Shown: in pieces, positions 12,333 to 22,286 of the stretch
How positions within the stretch are numbered: position 1 is the stretch's first letter
Layout: every line of letters starts with the position of its first letter
From: Sphingobacteriales bacterium
GTDB lineage: Bacteria > Bacteroidota > Bacteroidia > Chitinophagales > Chitinophagaceae
Assembly: GCA_016708305.1 (NCBI GenBank)
Contig: JADJGB010000002.1
Coordinates: 65,330-129,329 of the forward strand
Direction: 5' to 3'
DNA: 64,000 bases
The notes under the pieces: generated by a model
Told to the model about the DNA's origin: nothing
Seen by the model: the letters and a program-made list of their open reading frames with translations, nothing else
The model's database searches: none
Position numbers and translations under genes: made by a program

Positions 12333-13426
12333 TAGCTCCGTAGGAGCGTAATATCAACAAAACCACCTTTCATCATTCTCGCTTTTTAGCCCCGTAGGAG
12401 CGTAATGTCAATAAAACCAACAATCATCATCCTCGCTTTTTAGCTCCGTAGGAGCGTAATATCAACAAAACCACCTATCATCATTCTCGCTTTTTAGCCC
12501 CGTAGGAGCGTAATATTAATAGAAATAATTTATTTATCATCACCGGTTAGCTCCGTATGAGCGTAATGTCAATAAAACCAACAATCATCATCCTCGCTTT
12601 TTAGCCCCGTAGGAGCGTAATATCAACAAATCCACCTATCATCATTCTCGCTTTTTAGCTCCGTAGGAGCGTAATATCAATAAATCCAACAATAATCATT
12701 CTCGCTTTTTAGCTCCGTATGAGCGTAATGTCAATAAAACCAACAATCATCATCCTCGCTTTTTAGCTCCGTATGAGCGTAATGTCAATAAAACCAACAA
12801 TCATCATCCTCGCTTTTTAGCCCCGTAGGAGCGTAATATTAATAGAAATAATTTATTTATCATCACCGGTTAGCTCCGTATGAGCGTAATGTCAATAAAA
12901 CCAACAATCATCATCCTCGCTTTTTAGCTCCGTAGGAGCGTAATATCAACAAAACCACCTATCATCATTCTCGCTTTTTAGCCCCGTAGGAGCGTAATAT
13001 TAATAGAAATAATTTATTTATCATCACCGGTTAGCTCCGTATGAGCGTAATGTCAATAAAACCAACAATCATCATCCTCGCTTTTTAGCTCCGTAGGAGC
13101 GTAATATTAATAGAAATAATTTATTTATCATCACCGGTTAGCTCCGTATGAGCGTAATGTCAATAAAACCAACAATCATCATCCTCGCTTTTTAGCTCCG
13201 TAGGAGCGTAATATCAACAAAACCACCTATCATCATTCTCGCTTTTTAGCCCCGTAGGAGCGTAATATTAATAGAAATAATTTATTTATCATCACCGGTT
13301 AGCTCCGTATGAGCGTAATGTCAATAAAACCAACAATCATCATCCTCGCTTTTTAGCTCCGTAGGAGCGTAATATCAATAGAAATAATTTATTTATCATC
13401 ACCGGATAGCTCCGTAGGAGCGACAC
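12333..13426 (+). repeat. Tandem array of 21 palindromic 20-bp repeats (consensus TAGCTCCGTAGGAGCGTAAT) with 20 spacers of 33-34 bp
   Basis: Cores start at 12333, 12387, 12441, 12495, 12548, 12602, 12656, 12710, 12764, 12818, 12871, 12925, 12979, 13032, 13086, 13139, 13193, 13247, 13300, 13354, 13407; hairpin GCTCC-GTA-GGAGC; the last core diverges after GGAGCG. Confidence 0.95.
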
Positions 13427-13883
13427 CATAGTCATCAAATATATATTCCGATTTGAAATCAATTTGGTACACATTTAAAAATTCGATATATTCTTCTCTA
13501 AACGTTTTCTTTCTGTGATGCTCTTCCTGATTCAAAATATAATTGATCACGATTCGTAATTGAGACTGGCTAACGGTAAATGCACCAAAACCCGTTTGCC
13601 ATTCAAATTTCCCAATCACATATTTATTATCGTTGATCCATTTGGATGAATTTGCTTTTATGTCTCGCAATAAATCCGAGAGATTGCAATCCGGTTTTAA
13701 CCCAAGAAGAATATGAATATGATCCGACATGCCATTTATGACCATCAATTTTTGATTTTTGTGGGTAACAATGCCCGTGATGTATTGATACAATGTTTCT
13801 TTCCATTTTTTGGAAATGAGATTGCCTCTGCCTTTTACGGCAAATACCACGTGGATGTATAATTGGGTGTATGTATTAGCCAT
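13389..13883 (-). CDS. tnpA: IS200/IS605-family (Y1 HUH) TnpA, REP-associated type
   Basis: YTQLYIHVVFAVKGR start, HUH motif DHIHIL, WQTGFGAF, catalytic Tyr in YILNQEEHH; no tnpB nearby. Confidence 0.88.
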   Translation of the reverse strand: MANTYTQLYIHVVFAVKGRGNLISKKWKETLYQYITGIVTHKNQKLMVINGMSDHIHILLGLKPDCNLSDLLRDIKANSSKWINDNKYVIGKFEWQTGFGAFTVSQSQLRIVINYILNQEEHHRKKTFREEYIEFLNVYQIDFKSEYIFDDYGVAPTELSGDDK

Positions 13884-13896
13884 TATTGTTATTTTG

Positions 13897-13915
13897 TTTC
13901 GCTCCTACGCAGCTG
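13897..13915 (-). repeat. Degenerate REP copy just upstream of tnpA, inverted relative to the array
   Basis: Reverse complement is CAGCTGCGTAGGAGCGAAA. Confidence 0.7.
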
Positions 13916-13938
13916 TTTGAATATTTTTCTACTTGGGT

Positions 13939-14068
13939 GCTATTAACCTTTCGCCCCGATGGGGCTTTTGTGTCTTTTGTTTCCTTTTTTCTATTAACCT
14001 TTCGCCCCGATGGGGCTTTTGTGTCTTTTGTTTCCTTTTTCTATTAACCTTTCGCCCCGATGGGGCTT
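13939..14068 (-). repeat. Three REP-like copies at 47-bp spacing inside the hsdS 3' end
   Basis: CTATTAACCTTTCGCCCCGATGGGGCTT occurs three times; hairpin GCCCC-ATC-GGGGC; encodes KPHRGERLI repeats. Confidence 0.9.
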
Positions 14069-14756
14069 CCTTTTCTTTCGCTGCTCTTATTCTCTCCAAC
14101 AACTTCTCGGCAGGTTCATCATTGGGGTCTTGCGGAACGAGTTTGCCTTCATAAGCTTTTTTGATAATGCTCAACCGCAGGGCTTCTGCCTGTTGCAAAC
14201 TGCCCTCTATGGTTTCTTCAATTTTATCGCAAACGGAAAGGCGGGATTCGATTTCTTTAACAATTCTATCTTGGTCGTTGTTTTCCATTGGCAGAGGTAT
14301 ATCCATATTAGCAATATCTGTTAGACTTAGATTTGCTCTGGCCACATCAACTACTTTTTCTAAATATTTTTGTTTTGCAACTTCTGCATTTAGAAAATGA
14401 GAGAGATATTTATTTGAAATCGACTTTTTTAAGCGAATAATTGCAACGGCTTGATTAATGTTTGAAATTTTGTCAAGGTTGAAAATTGCGGCTCTTCCAA
14501 TTGAAGCACCAACAAGATTAAATAGGACATCTTCCTTTTGCAAAATTGAACGCTTTTGAATTTTGTTGAACCCTAGACTTAAATACTTGGGATCAGAAAC
14601 ATCTATATAATTTTCACGAACATTTTCACTTGTAACAAAAAGCAATTGGGTTGCATCATTTATGTAGTTAAAGCCTTGCCATTTAGGTGATGCTCCTTTT
14701 GTAATTAGATTGCAATGCTCACCTAGTTTTACTTCATTATTAATCGTTACCCAATT

Positions 14757-15828
14757 TAGTTCGTATTAATTTTCTATGCTGCGTATCTGACGTGGTCTGC
14801 ATGGAAATATTTTTGCACCTGCTTTTTATTGCTTTTTCTTTCATTCATAAAACCTTCAACGTTGGCGCATTTCAGCTTTATTGATAGGACGCTTTTTGCC
14901 GATAACATTAGTCTTTACATCCTGATTCAAATATTCTTGCGCATTCAACTCAGGGCTATAGGGCGGAATGAAAAACACCTCTATTCGATGTTTGCTTTCC
15001 TCCAGCCACACCTTCAATTTTTTGTTTTGTGTGCAGGATGACCATCCGTTACATAGAATATCTTTTGTTTACTATAACGAATCATTCGTTGCAAAAAATC
15101 AATAAATACATCACCGTTAAACTTCTCTATCAGCATAAACTGTAAATGACCTTTATTGCTGATAGCTGAAATCATATTGAGCGAAAACCGTTGTCCTGTT
15201 GATTTCACCACGGGGTTTTGCCTTTAGGCGCATAGCTTCTGCCTGCCTGATGGTCGCTTCGCATACCGGTTTCATCTCCAAAATAAATCGTTCCTTTCTC
15301 CTTAGTTGCCCGCTTCTTTATGGCAGGGTATTCCTTCTCCAACCATTGCTTTACCTGCTCGGGTTTCTGTTCAAATGCTTTGCGGATAGGCTTTTGCGGT
15401 GTATAGCCCCAGCTTTTAAATATCGACCTACCTGCTTCACGCTTAATACAACGCCATATTTCTGTTCGATAAGCTGTTGTACGGCTGCACGCGTCCATAA
15501 ACTAAAGGCCAGTTTTAACCGGTCGGGCATCTTATCCTTTATCAACCGTCGAACTTCGGCAGCCTGCTGGCCGGTTATCTTCTTGCCTCCTTTTACGCCA
15601 CGCTTCTTATTCAAAAGTGAACGCTTGCCTTCTTTTTTGTATTTATTCCATGTTTTATTTACACTCCTTTCTGATACAGAAAATATCTCGGAAGCCTGCT
15701 TTTGAGTGCCCCGTTTGTTTTTTAAGTAGCCCACTATCCGAAAGCGAGTCTCTTCCTGAGCATCTTTGTTCTTACGTTTTGTATTAGCCATGGGCAAATA
15801 TACAAAATATATTTTAAAATAAGAACTA
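14757..15828 (-). mobile_element. IS630-family insertion sequence, ~1.07 kb, transposase broken into 3-4 frames
   Basis: HTH N-terminus; YTPQKP, FGDETG, DGHPAH and PPYSPELN motifs; ends TAGTTC(G/T)TATT in inverted orientation with flanking TA. Confidence 0.85.
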
Positions 15829-16279
15829 AATTATGTCTTTATTAATAATTAAAGAATTTGTCAACCTTCCTTCAAACGCCCATTTCAAAACTCCTTGTCT
15901 ATATACCTTCAATTGCTGCTTTGTGGTTTCTAAATACTCAATGCCTTTATCAAGGTCGGTGAGTAGTTGTTCGAGGTTGGCAAGGATGCGGTGTTGCTCG
16001 GGAAGGGGGGCGAGGGGAATATTTAAGTCCTTAATAATTCCTTGACTAATGTTGGGTTGTGCACCACCTATACTTTGCTTTATCAAGTTACCACGCTGAT
16101 ACAACAAGAAATAATACAAAAGATGTGCATAAATAGCGTCACTTTCAAAAATGCCACAAACAGCTTGATTAGTCGCAGCAGGCACTCCAAGAAAAGCTAA
16201 TTTGCCGACAGTTGCCCCATATAAAGCAATTAGTAAAGTTCCCTTAGGAAATACTTTGTATCCCTTCGTCCAACCCCGT

Positions 16280-17800
16280 CATTGTTGTTTAAAGTTGGCA
16301 TCATAGTTTTGTGGCAGCAGTTGGTATAGGTTTTGCTTTTTGGCGCTGTTGATTTTTTCGAATACGTGGGTAAGCCAGTGTTCGGGATTGATGTTGTGCA
16401 GGCGGCATGTGGCGAACAGGCTATAAAGCATTGCTGCATCCTGTGCCCGCTCGTGGCTTCCGGCAAACAGATAATTTTGCGCCCCAGCGCCACAGGGCGA
16501 ATAGCGTTCTCAATAAGGTTATTATCGATTTGCAAAATGCCGTCTGTGGTGTACACGCACAATTTCTGCCATCGTGTTAATGTATAAGCAATGGCCTTGC
16601 CAAAAGGACTTTTGGGTAATACCTTTTGGTGAGCAACATTTCGGTTAATGTGCTTTGCAAATTGTTTAATACGGGTAGGGCATGTTCATGCCGATGGTTT
16701 TTTATTTGCTCCGGCGTAAAGTTTTCATCGCGGCAATAGGATTCTATTTTATATAAATCCTGTATCAGGCTCAAAACCGCATCCGCATTGGCTTTGTCGT
16801 AATCTTTGGCTTCGTAAAATTTTCTGCGCGCATGCGCCCAGCAGCAAAAGGGGGTAACGCCTTCTACTTTATCGAAAGTTTCGTAAGCATCGTAGCCATC
16901 TGTTTGCAAATAGCCTTTAAACTTGTGCAACATAGCTTTGGGATACAAAGCGCCACGCCCGGGCTGATAATCGAACAACGCTAATTTTCGTTGCGTATCG
17001 TAATACACCCAATAGTATCCTGTATGTGTGGTTTGTTTTTTGTCCTTATCCAAACCTTTATCGTGGTTTCATCCACATTCAAATAGTTTGTATTCAAAAC
17101 CTGCCAGCAATGCAGGTCGTAAACCGGTTCAATCAACCGCATCGCATCTTTTATCCAGCCGCTTACCGTGCTGTGATTGATGTTTACATTTTGACGTTTG
17201 AAGATGGCTAACTGGCGATACACAGGCAGATGGTCCACAAACTTGCTTACCAGCAAATGCGTAAGCAATGATGCGCCTGCAACAGATTTCTCAAGCGGCA
17301 TGGCCGGCAATGAAGCAATGATGCGGCTTGCGTTTAATCCATCATTTGAAGGTTTGATATACTCGGGACGTACATATTGTTTCACAAACAACTCGCCGGG
17401 CCGGTACTCCAGCTTTTCGGTAATTTCTTTACCAACGGGATGCAAACCTTTTACATCCTCTTTGGGCATCAGCTCTATTACTTCGCGGCGAAGGCTTTCC
17501 GGCAAAGGGTTACGTCCGGGATGCTTTACGGTAAGTTTGGTTTGTTGCTTTTGATATTCTTTTACCAGTGTGGTTTTTACCACGTCTATCTGCCCCAGTT
17601 TATCATCAGGGAATAATTCAGGCTGTGAAACGGCGGTTGCATTTGCTGTTACAAACTTCTCTGCCCTGCCGCCAAAGAGCATTTTCTTTAATTCGGCTAA
17701 TTGCAACTGTAGCGATTGTATCTGTAATCGCAATTCAATATTGTGACTCCTTTCCTGTTCAAAGAGGATTTTGTAGTCTATAAAACTATTGCCGGAAGCG
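16280..17800 (-). CDS. tnpC: IS66 transposase TnpC, frameshifted
   Basis: KHPGRNPLP, KFVDHLPVYRQ, VDETTI, LQTDGY, CWAHARRKF and IDNNLIENAIRPVALGRK motifs. Confidence 0.85.
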
Positions 17801-17984
17801 ATATGTGAAACTGTTTGCAAGATGTTTACAGGTAGTACAAATATCATGCTAATAATTGCCTGAAATGCAGTATTGACAGGTATTTCAGACAGTATGGCAA
17901 TAGTGGAATTATTGGCAGGTAAACCTGATTTTTGTCGCACCGTTTTTAAAATTACACCCTGCAAAATAAATTGTAATTGCTGTG

Positions 17985-18254
17985 AGGTGATGCAAAAATG
18001 ATCGTTATGGCTGGCGGGAGGTCTTTCAAAAGTGCCCTGCTCCAATCCTTTTTCATAGAGCGCAAAGCCATCGCTATCCCATTGTAGTAATTTTATTTTG
18101 TTACCACGCCGGCCAATAAAAATGAATACGTCGCCACCAGCACATCCTGTTGCATCTCGTTGCGCACCAGGCCGCTCAACCCGTAGGCTCCCTTGCGAAA
18201 ATCAGCAGTGCCGTTGTAATAAAAGTAGCGACAAGCGGAGTTTAGATGCAACAT
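17985..18254 (-). CDS. tnpB: IS66 accessory protein TnpB, frameshifted
   Basis: Manual translation ADFRKGAYGLSGLV...FIFIGRRGNKIKLLQWDSDGFALYEKGLEQGTF. Confidence 0.8.
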
Positions 18255-18273
18255 AGCAGCTCTTTTAAAACGG

Positions 18274-18537
18274 CTATATTAATACTGCCCAACTCAAGCC
18301 GCACACCATTAGGGTAGCAGATAGTTGCGGCACTGCCGCGGTGGCTATCGGTGTCACCTGCGTGAAAGTGGGTGTGGTCGCTGCGTTAATAGGCAACCGT
18401 TTTTGCCAGTAATAATATTTGGATGCCGCAAGCCGGTGTTCTTTGCAATAAGATACAACCGTTTGGCCGCTTGTGCGGCAGGCTTCAATGTGGGCGTGCA
18501 TTATACCGGCACGGTCGGAGGTATTGTTAGTTTCCAT
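18274..18537 (-). CDS. IS66 accessory protein TnpA (HTH-like)
   Basis: SGQTVVSYCKEHRL..SKYYYWQKR; first gene inside the inverted repeat. Confidence 0.7.
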   Translation of the reverse strand: METNNTSDRAGIMHAHIEACRTSGQTVVSYCKEHRLAASKYYYWQKRLPINAATTPTFTQVTPIATAAVPQLSATLMVCGLSWAVLI

Positions 18538-18809
18538 CCGGCAAAAATCAATAAACTATCTTAGTAAAGCAATACGGGGTTGGACGAAGGGATACAATAC
18601 TTTTGCACTTGATTCTTTTATTGCTTCATCTGTAATCTTTTCTTCTGTATCAAGAATCAACCCTTTGTCTAATTCTCCTGATTTAACCCAAGGGATATTT
18701 CCACCAAAATATTTTGGCACTTTTCGGCTCGGTGTTCCACCGCTTGTTGTAAAGCAGATATCCCCTAACTTGGCAATTGTCCAGCCCTTCGGTAAAGAAT
18801 CAAATTCAA

Positions 18810-19499
18810 TCATGATTTGTTGGGGTTTTCTGAACGGGTTAAAGAATCGCCTTCCCAATTTTTGGGATTGTTAATGATATATTTTTTTATTCGCAGGTAT
18901 TCATCCCTGTTTCGGATGATATGGTCATGATAATTGGGTTGAAAAAAATGGTTGTGCCGATTGTATTTGGGTATAACCAATTTGTTATCGTCAATATAAT
19001 CATCAATTTTAGAATTGACCCCCGATTTGAACCCTGCCATAAACGATGAAATGGATTTGGGTTTGCGAATTAAATGGGGCGGTTGGGGGGAATGTGGATT
19101 CGGCTGCGTTTCCGATTTTGGTTGTTGCGGATTTGGTTGTTGCGGATTTGGTTGTTGTAGAGGCGCACGGCCGTGCGCCTCTACAACAACAACAACGTTA
19201 CCTAAATCATTGGTATTTTTATCATCCATTTTTTGCAAAACCACAATCGCGTGCAAATGGTTGGGCATGATGATATATTCATCCAAAAACAATTCCTGCC
19301 TAATTTCAAATGATTTTAACCATTGGGATTGCACAATCTTTCCAAAATCGGATAGTATCATTTGTCCATTTTTTATTTCACCCAAAATACATTCTCTGTT
19401 TTGGGTAACCAACGTGATGAAATAATATCCGTTACCTGCATAATCCCACCCTTTTAATCTGTTAGATTCAATTCTGTATTTCCCTGCAAATTTTTCCAT
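18810..19499 (-). CDS. REP-associated tyrosine transposase-like HUH nuclease (RAYT/Y1)
   Basis: RLKGWDY..GYYFIT, MPNHLHAI (HUH), QPNYHDHIIR and KYIINNP motifs; 1-bp overlap with the hsdR stop and 4-bp overlap with the hsdS start. Confidence 0.88.
   Translation of the reverse strand: MEKFAGKYRIESNRLKGWDYAGNGYYFITLVTQNRECILGEIKNGQMILSDFGKIVQSQWLKSFEIRQELFLDEYIIMPNHLHAIVVLQKMDDKNTNDLGNVVVVVEAHGRAPLQQPNPQQPNPQQPKSETQPNPHSPQPPHLIRKPKSISSFMAGFKSGVNSKIDDYIDDNKLVIPKYNRHNHFFQPNYHDHIIRNRDEYLRIKKYIINNPKNWEGDSLTRSENPNKS
19151..19190. repeat. Perfect 40-bp palindrome inside the RAYT gene
   Basis: GTTGTTGTAGAGGCGCACGG|CCGTGCGCCTCTACAACAAC; next to three ~15-bp tandem units encoding QQP(N/K)(P/S). Confidence 0.9.
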
Positions 19500-22286
19500 T
19501 ATGCTGCCAGTGCTTCGTTTAGTTCGTTAATAATTTCATCCATCTGCTCTCCAAACAACTGCCACATTTTGCCTTTACCGCCTTCGGCATCAAAGGGCGT
19601 ATAGTCTAAATCGTCTGCATCTAAATGTATGCTTGTGGCAATATGGTCTTTAATCATTCTCAGCCATTGCATTTGCTCTTCGGTAAATCGGTTGTGTTGT
19701 CCTGCATTCTTTTTCAACATCCAGTCACGGAAATTCAAGTCCACTTTGTTTGAATAATCAATCAGCGTTGAATCAATGCCTGAAATTCTGCGAAGCAATG
19801 AAACCAATGCAATCAATTCCGATTTTGGACTTCCTGTTGCTTTCTCTAATTGCTCATAAGCCCGCCAAACCTGCATAGGTGCAAGCAATGGTCTTTCAAA
19901 TTTCAGTTTTTCCAACACTTCCTGAATCATTTTGTAATTCAGTTCACGCCTTCTTACTGGTTGCGAATAGAAAATTTGCAAAGCTGTTATTTCATCTTGA
20001 TGTTGAGCAATCCATGTTTTAAAGTCAGCAACAAGGTTTTCGGATTTCTCTTTACTATCGGTTGCCCATCCTTTATTCAGTAGCGTGTCAGGATTGGTAA
20101 TATCAATGGTTTGTTCATGTGCTTTGCGAACATTTTCTATGTATTCTCTTAAATCACTGTTGTGAAATACTTCCGCTGCTTTTTCCTTTAGTTCGTCATG
20201 CAATTTGTTGACCGCTTCTTCTTTTGCTGCTGGCGATTTTCCAACCATTTCCATTTCCACTTTGGTTTTCAAATCATCCAACACGTCAGGATTATAGGCT
20301 TGCAACAATTCATTTACAACTTGCTTCAGTGTTTTGCCTTCTGCCTTTTCGCTGAATTGTTGCTTTTCCTGTTCTGTAACTTGCTTTTCTAATCTTGTCA
20401 AGCGATTTGCCAATGATGAAAACAAATCTTCGTCACGGTTCCCAACGGCAATTGCTCCCAATAAATCTTTTAGCGGAACACCGGGTTTCTTTTCCAGTGG
20501 TCGGCTATCGGATTTTAGGCTTTTGGTTACGCCAACAGCATCAATAATTACAAAATGGTCTTTAGTGTATTTTGCGCTTGGCGTTACTTTACGCAGGTCA
20601 TCAAGGGTAATAATTCTAGTTCCCCTGCCTTTCATTTGCTCGTAGTAGTTTCTGCTTCTTACATCACGCATAAAAAGCAAACACTCCAATGGTTTTACAT
20701 CTGTTCCTGTGGCAATCATATCTACAGTTACCGCTATTCTTGGTAAATAGTCATTTCGGAATTGTGCTAAAACCGATTTTGGGTCTTCGTCTTTGTTTCT
20801 GTATGTAATTTTTTTGCAGAAACTATTTCCTTCTCCAAATTCTTCTCTCACAATGTTGATGATATCGTCAGCATGTGAATCTGTTTTGGCGAAGATTAAA
20901 GTTTTCGGTACCTCAAATTCTCCTTTGTCAGTTAAGCGGTCGGGAAACATTTCAGGCAAATGCTCTTTGAAAGTTTTTATAATAAGCCTGATTTGATTCG
21001 GGTTTACAATGTCTTTATCGAGTTGATTGGCCGTGTAGTTTTCGTTTTCGTCTTGTAATTCCCAACGTTTTTTTCTTGATAGTTTTTCTCTACGTTCTAC
21101 ATATTCACCTTGCCAAATGGTTCCGCCTTGTTGGGTTATTTGTGTTTCAATTAAGAAAACATCAAAGCCAACATTTACCCCGTCTGCAATGGCTTGTTCA
21201 TGGGTGTATTCACTTACAATGTTTTGATTGAAATAACCAAAGGTTCTATTATCAGGAGTGGCTGTTAAGCCAATTTGAAAAGCATCATAATATTGAATAA
21301 CCTGCATCCACAAGTTGTAAATACTTCGGTGGCATTCATCAATTACAATGAAATCGAAAAACTCTATCGGCAATTTCTCACTGTAAACTACTGGCATAGG
21401 CTCTTTGGCTTGCCAACGAGATTCATTTGGATTTTCTTCTTCGGCTGCTTCTTCTAATTCAGTTCCTTTCAGAATAGAATAAAGCCTTTGAATAGTGCTG
21501 ATATAAACATGATTGTCGGTAGGCACAAAGCTTGATTTTAAGCGATGTACGCCATACAATTCAGTAAATTTTCTGTTGTCGTCATTTGGCAGAAAAGACA
21601 TGAACTCTTGTTCCGCTTGTTCGCCAAGGTTTTTGGTGTCCACCAAAAACAAAATGCGTTTAGTGTTCGTGTACTTCAGCAAACGATAAATAAAAGAAAT
21701 GGCGGTAAAGGTTTTTCCCGAACCCGTTGCCATTTGAATTAAAGCCTTTGGCTTAAATTCTTTGAAAGAACTTTCCAGTTTTGTGATGGCGTTGATTTGG
21801 CAATCTCTCAAACCTTCGGTTTGCAAAACAGGAATGTCCAACAAACTTGCCCGAAGCGATTTTTCGGTTTTCAGCCAATTCCTGAAAGTTTCAGGTCTGT
21901 GGAAAGTAAAAACCGGTCTTGAACGTGACTTTGGGTCACGAAAGTCAGTGAACCTTGTTACATCACCTGTGCTTTCATACACGAAAGGCAAGGGGTCGTT
22001 GTTTAGATATTTTAATTTGCTTTGAGCATATTGTTCCGATTGCGATTCATGCATTGTTAAGCGGTGTCCTTCTTCTTCTCGTTTTGCTTCAATTACACCA
22101 ACCGGTTTTTTGTCAATGAATAAAACGTAATCCGTTTCTTTTCCCGTCCTGCGTCAAATAGTAACGAACAACCACACCGATTCCCGCATTCAGGTTTATC
22201 TTGTCTTTGTCCTGAATAACCCAGCCGCTCCGCATAAGTGCGGAGTCAATATTATCTCTTGCTATTTGTTCCGGGTCCTGATTCAC
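19499..22286 (-). CDS. hsdR: Type I RM restriction subunit (~928 aa); probable GTG start at 22286, one extra A near 22140
   Basis: VIEAKR nuclease motif, MATGSGKT Walker A, DECHRSIY, GLTATP, QMKGRGTR, EcoEI-like C-terminus. Confidence 0.9.

Larger units (their letters stand above)
16258..18595 (-). mobile_element. IS66-family insertion sequence, 2338 bp
   Basis: 22-bp perfect terminal inverted repeat GTATCCCTTCGTCCAACCCCGT; 8-bp target duplication AATACTTT at 16250-16257 and 18596-18603. Confidence 0.95.
13929..18813 (-). pseudogene. hsdS: Type I RM specificity subunit in three pieces (18596-18813, 15829-16249, 13929-14758), interrupted by IS66 and IS630
   Basis: LPKGWTIAKLGDI, SGGTPSR, GGAQPNISQ, PLAPLPEQHRI, KLGEHCNLITKGASP, ARANLS, QPQGF-strand equivalent ALRLSIIKKAYEGKLVPQDPNDEPAEKLLERI. 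Confidence 0.9.

Noticed and set aside
12333-13426. Calling the array a true CRISPR
   Set aside because: Spacers recur as three types, one spacer copies the adjacent gene, no cas genes are in the window, and the repeat matches REP-like palindromes next to a TnpA
15014-15797. Programmed frameshifting in the IS630 transposase
   Set aside because: IS630 elements can use one frameshift, but there are at least three breaks here, so they cannot be separated from the general indel noise
16981-18045. Apparent TnpB-TnpC fusion ORF (354 aa)
   Set aside because: It joins the TnpB C-terminus to part of TnpC through non-conserved sequence in an element with several other frameshifts; probably incidental
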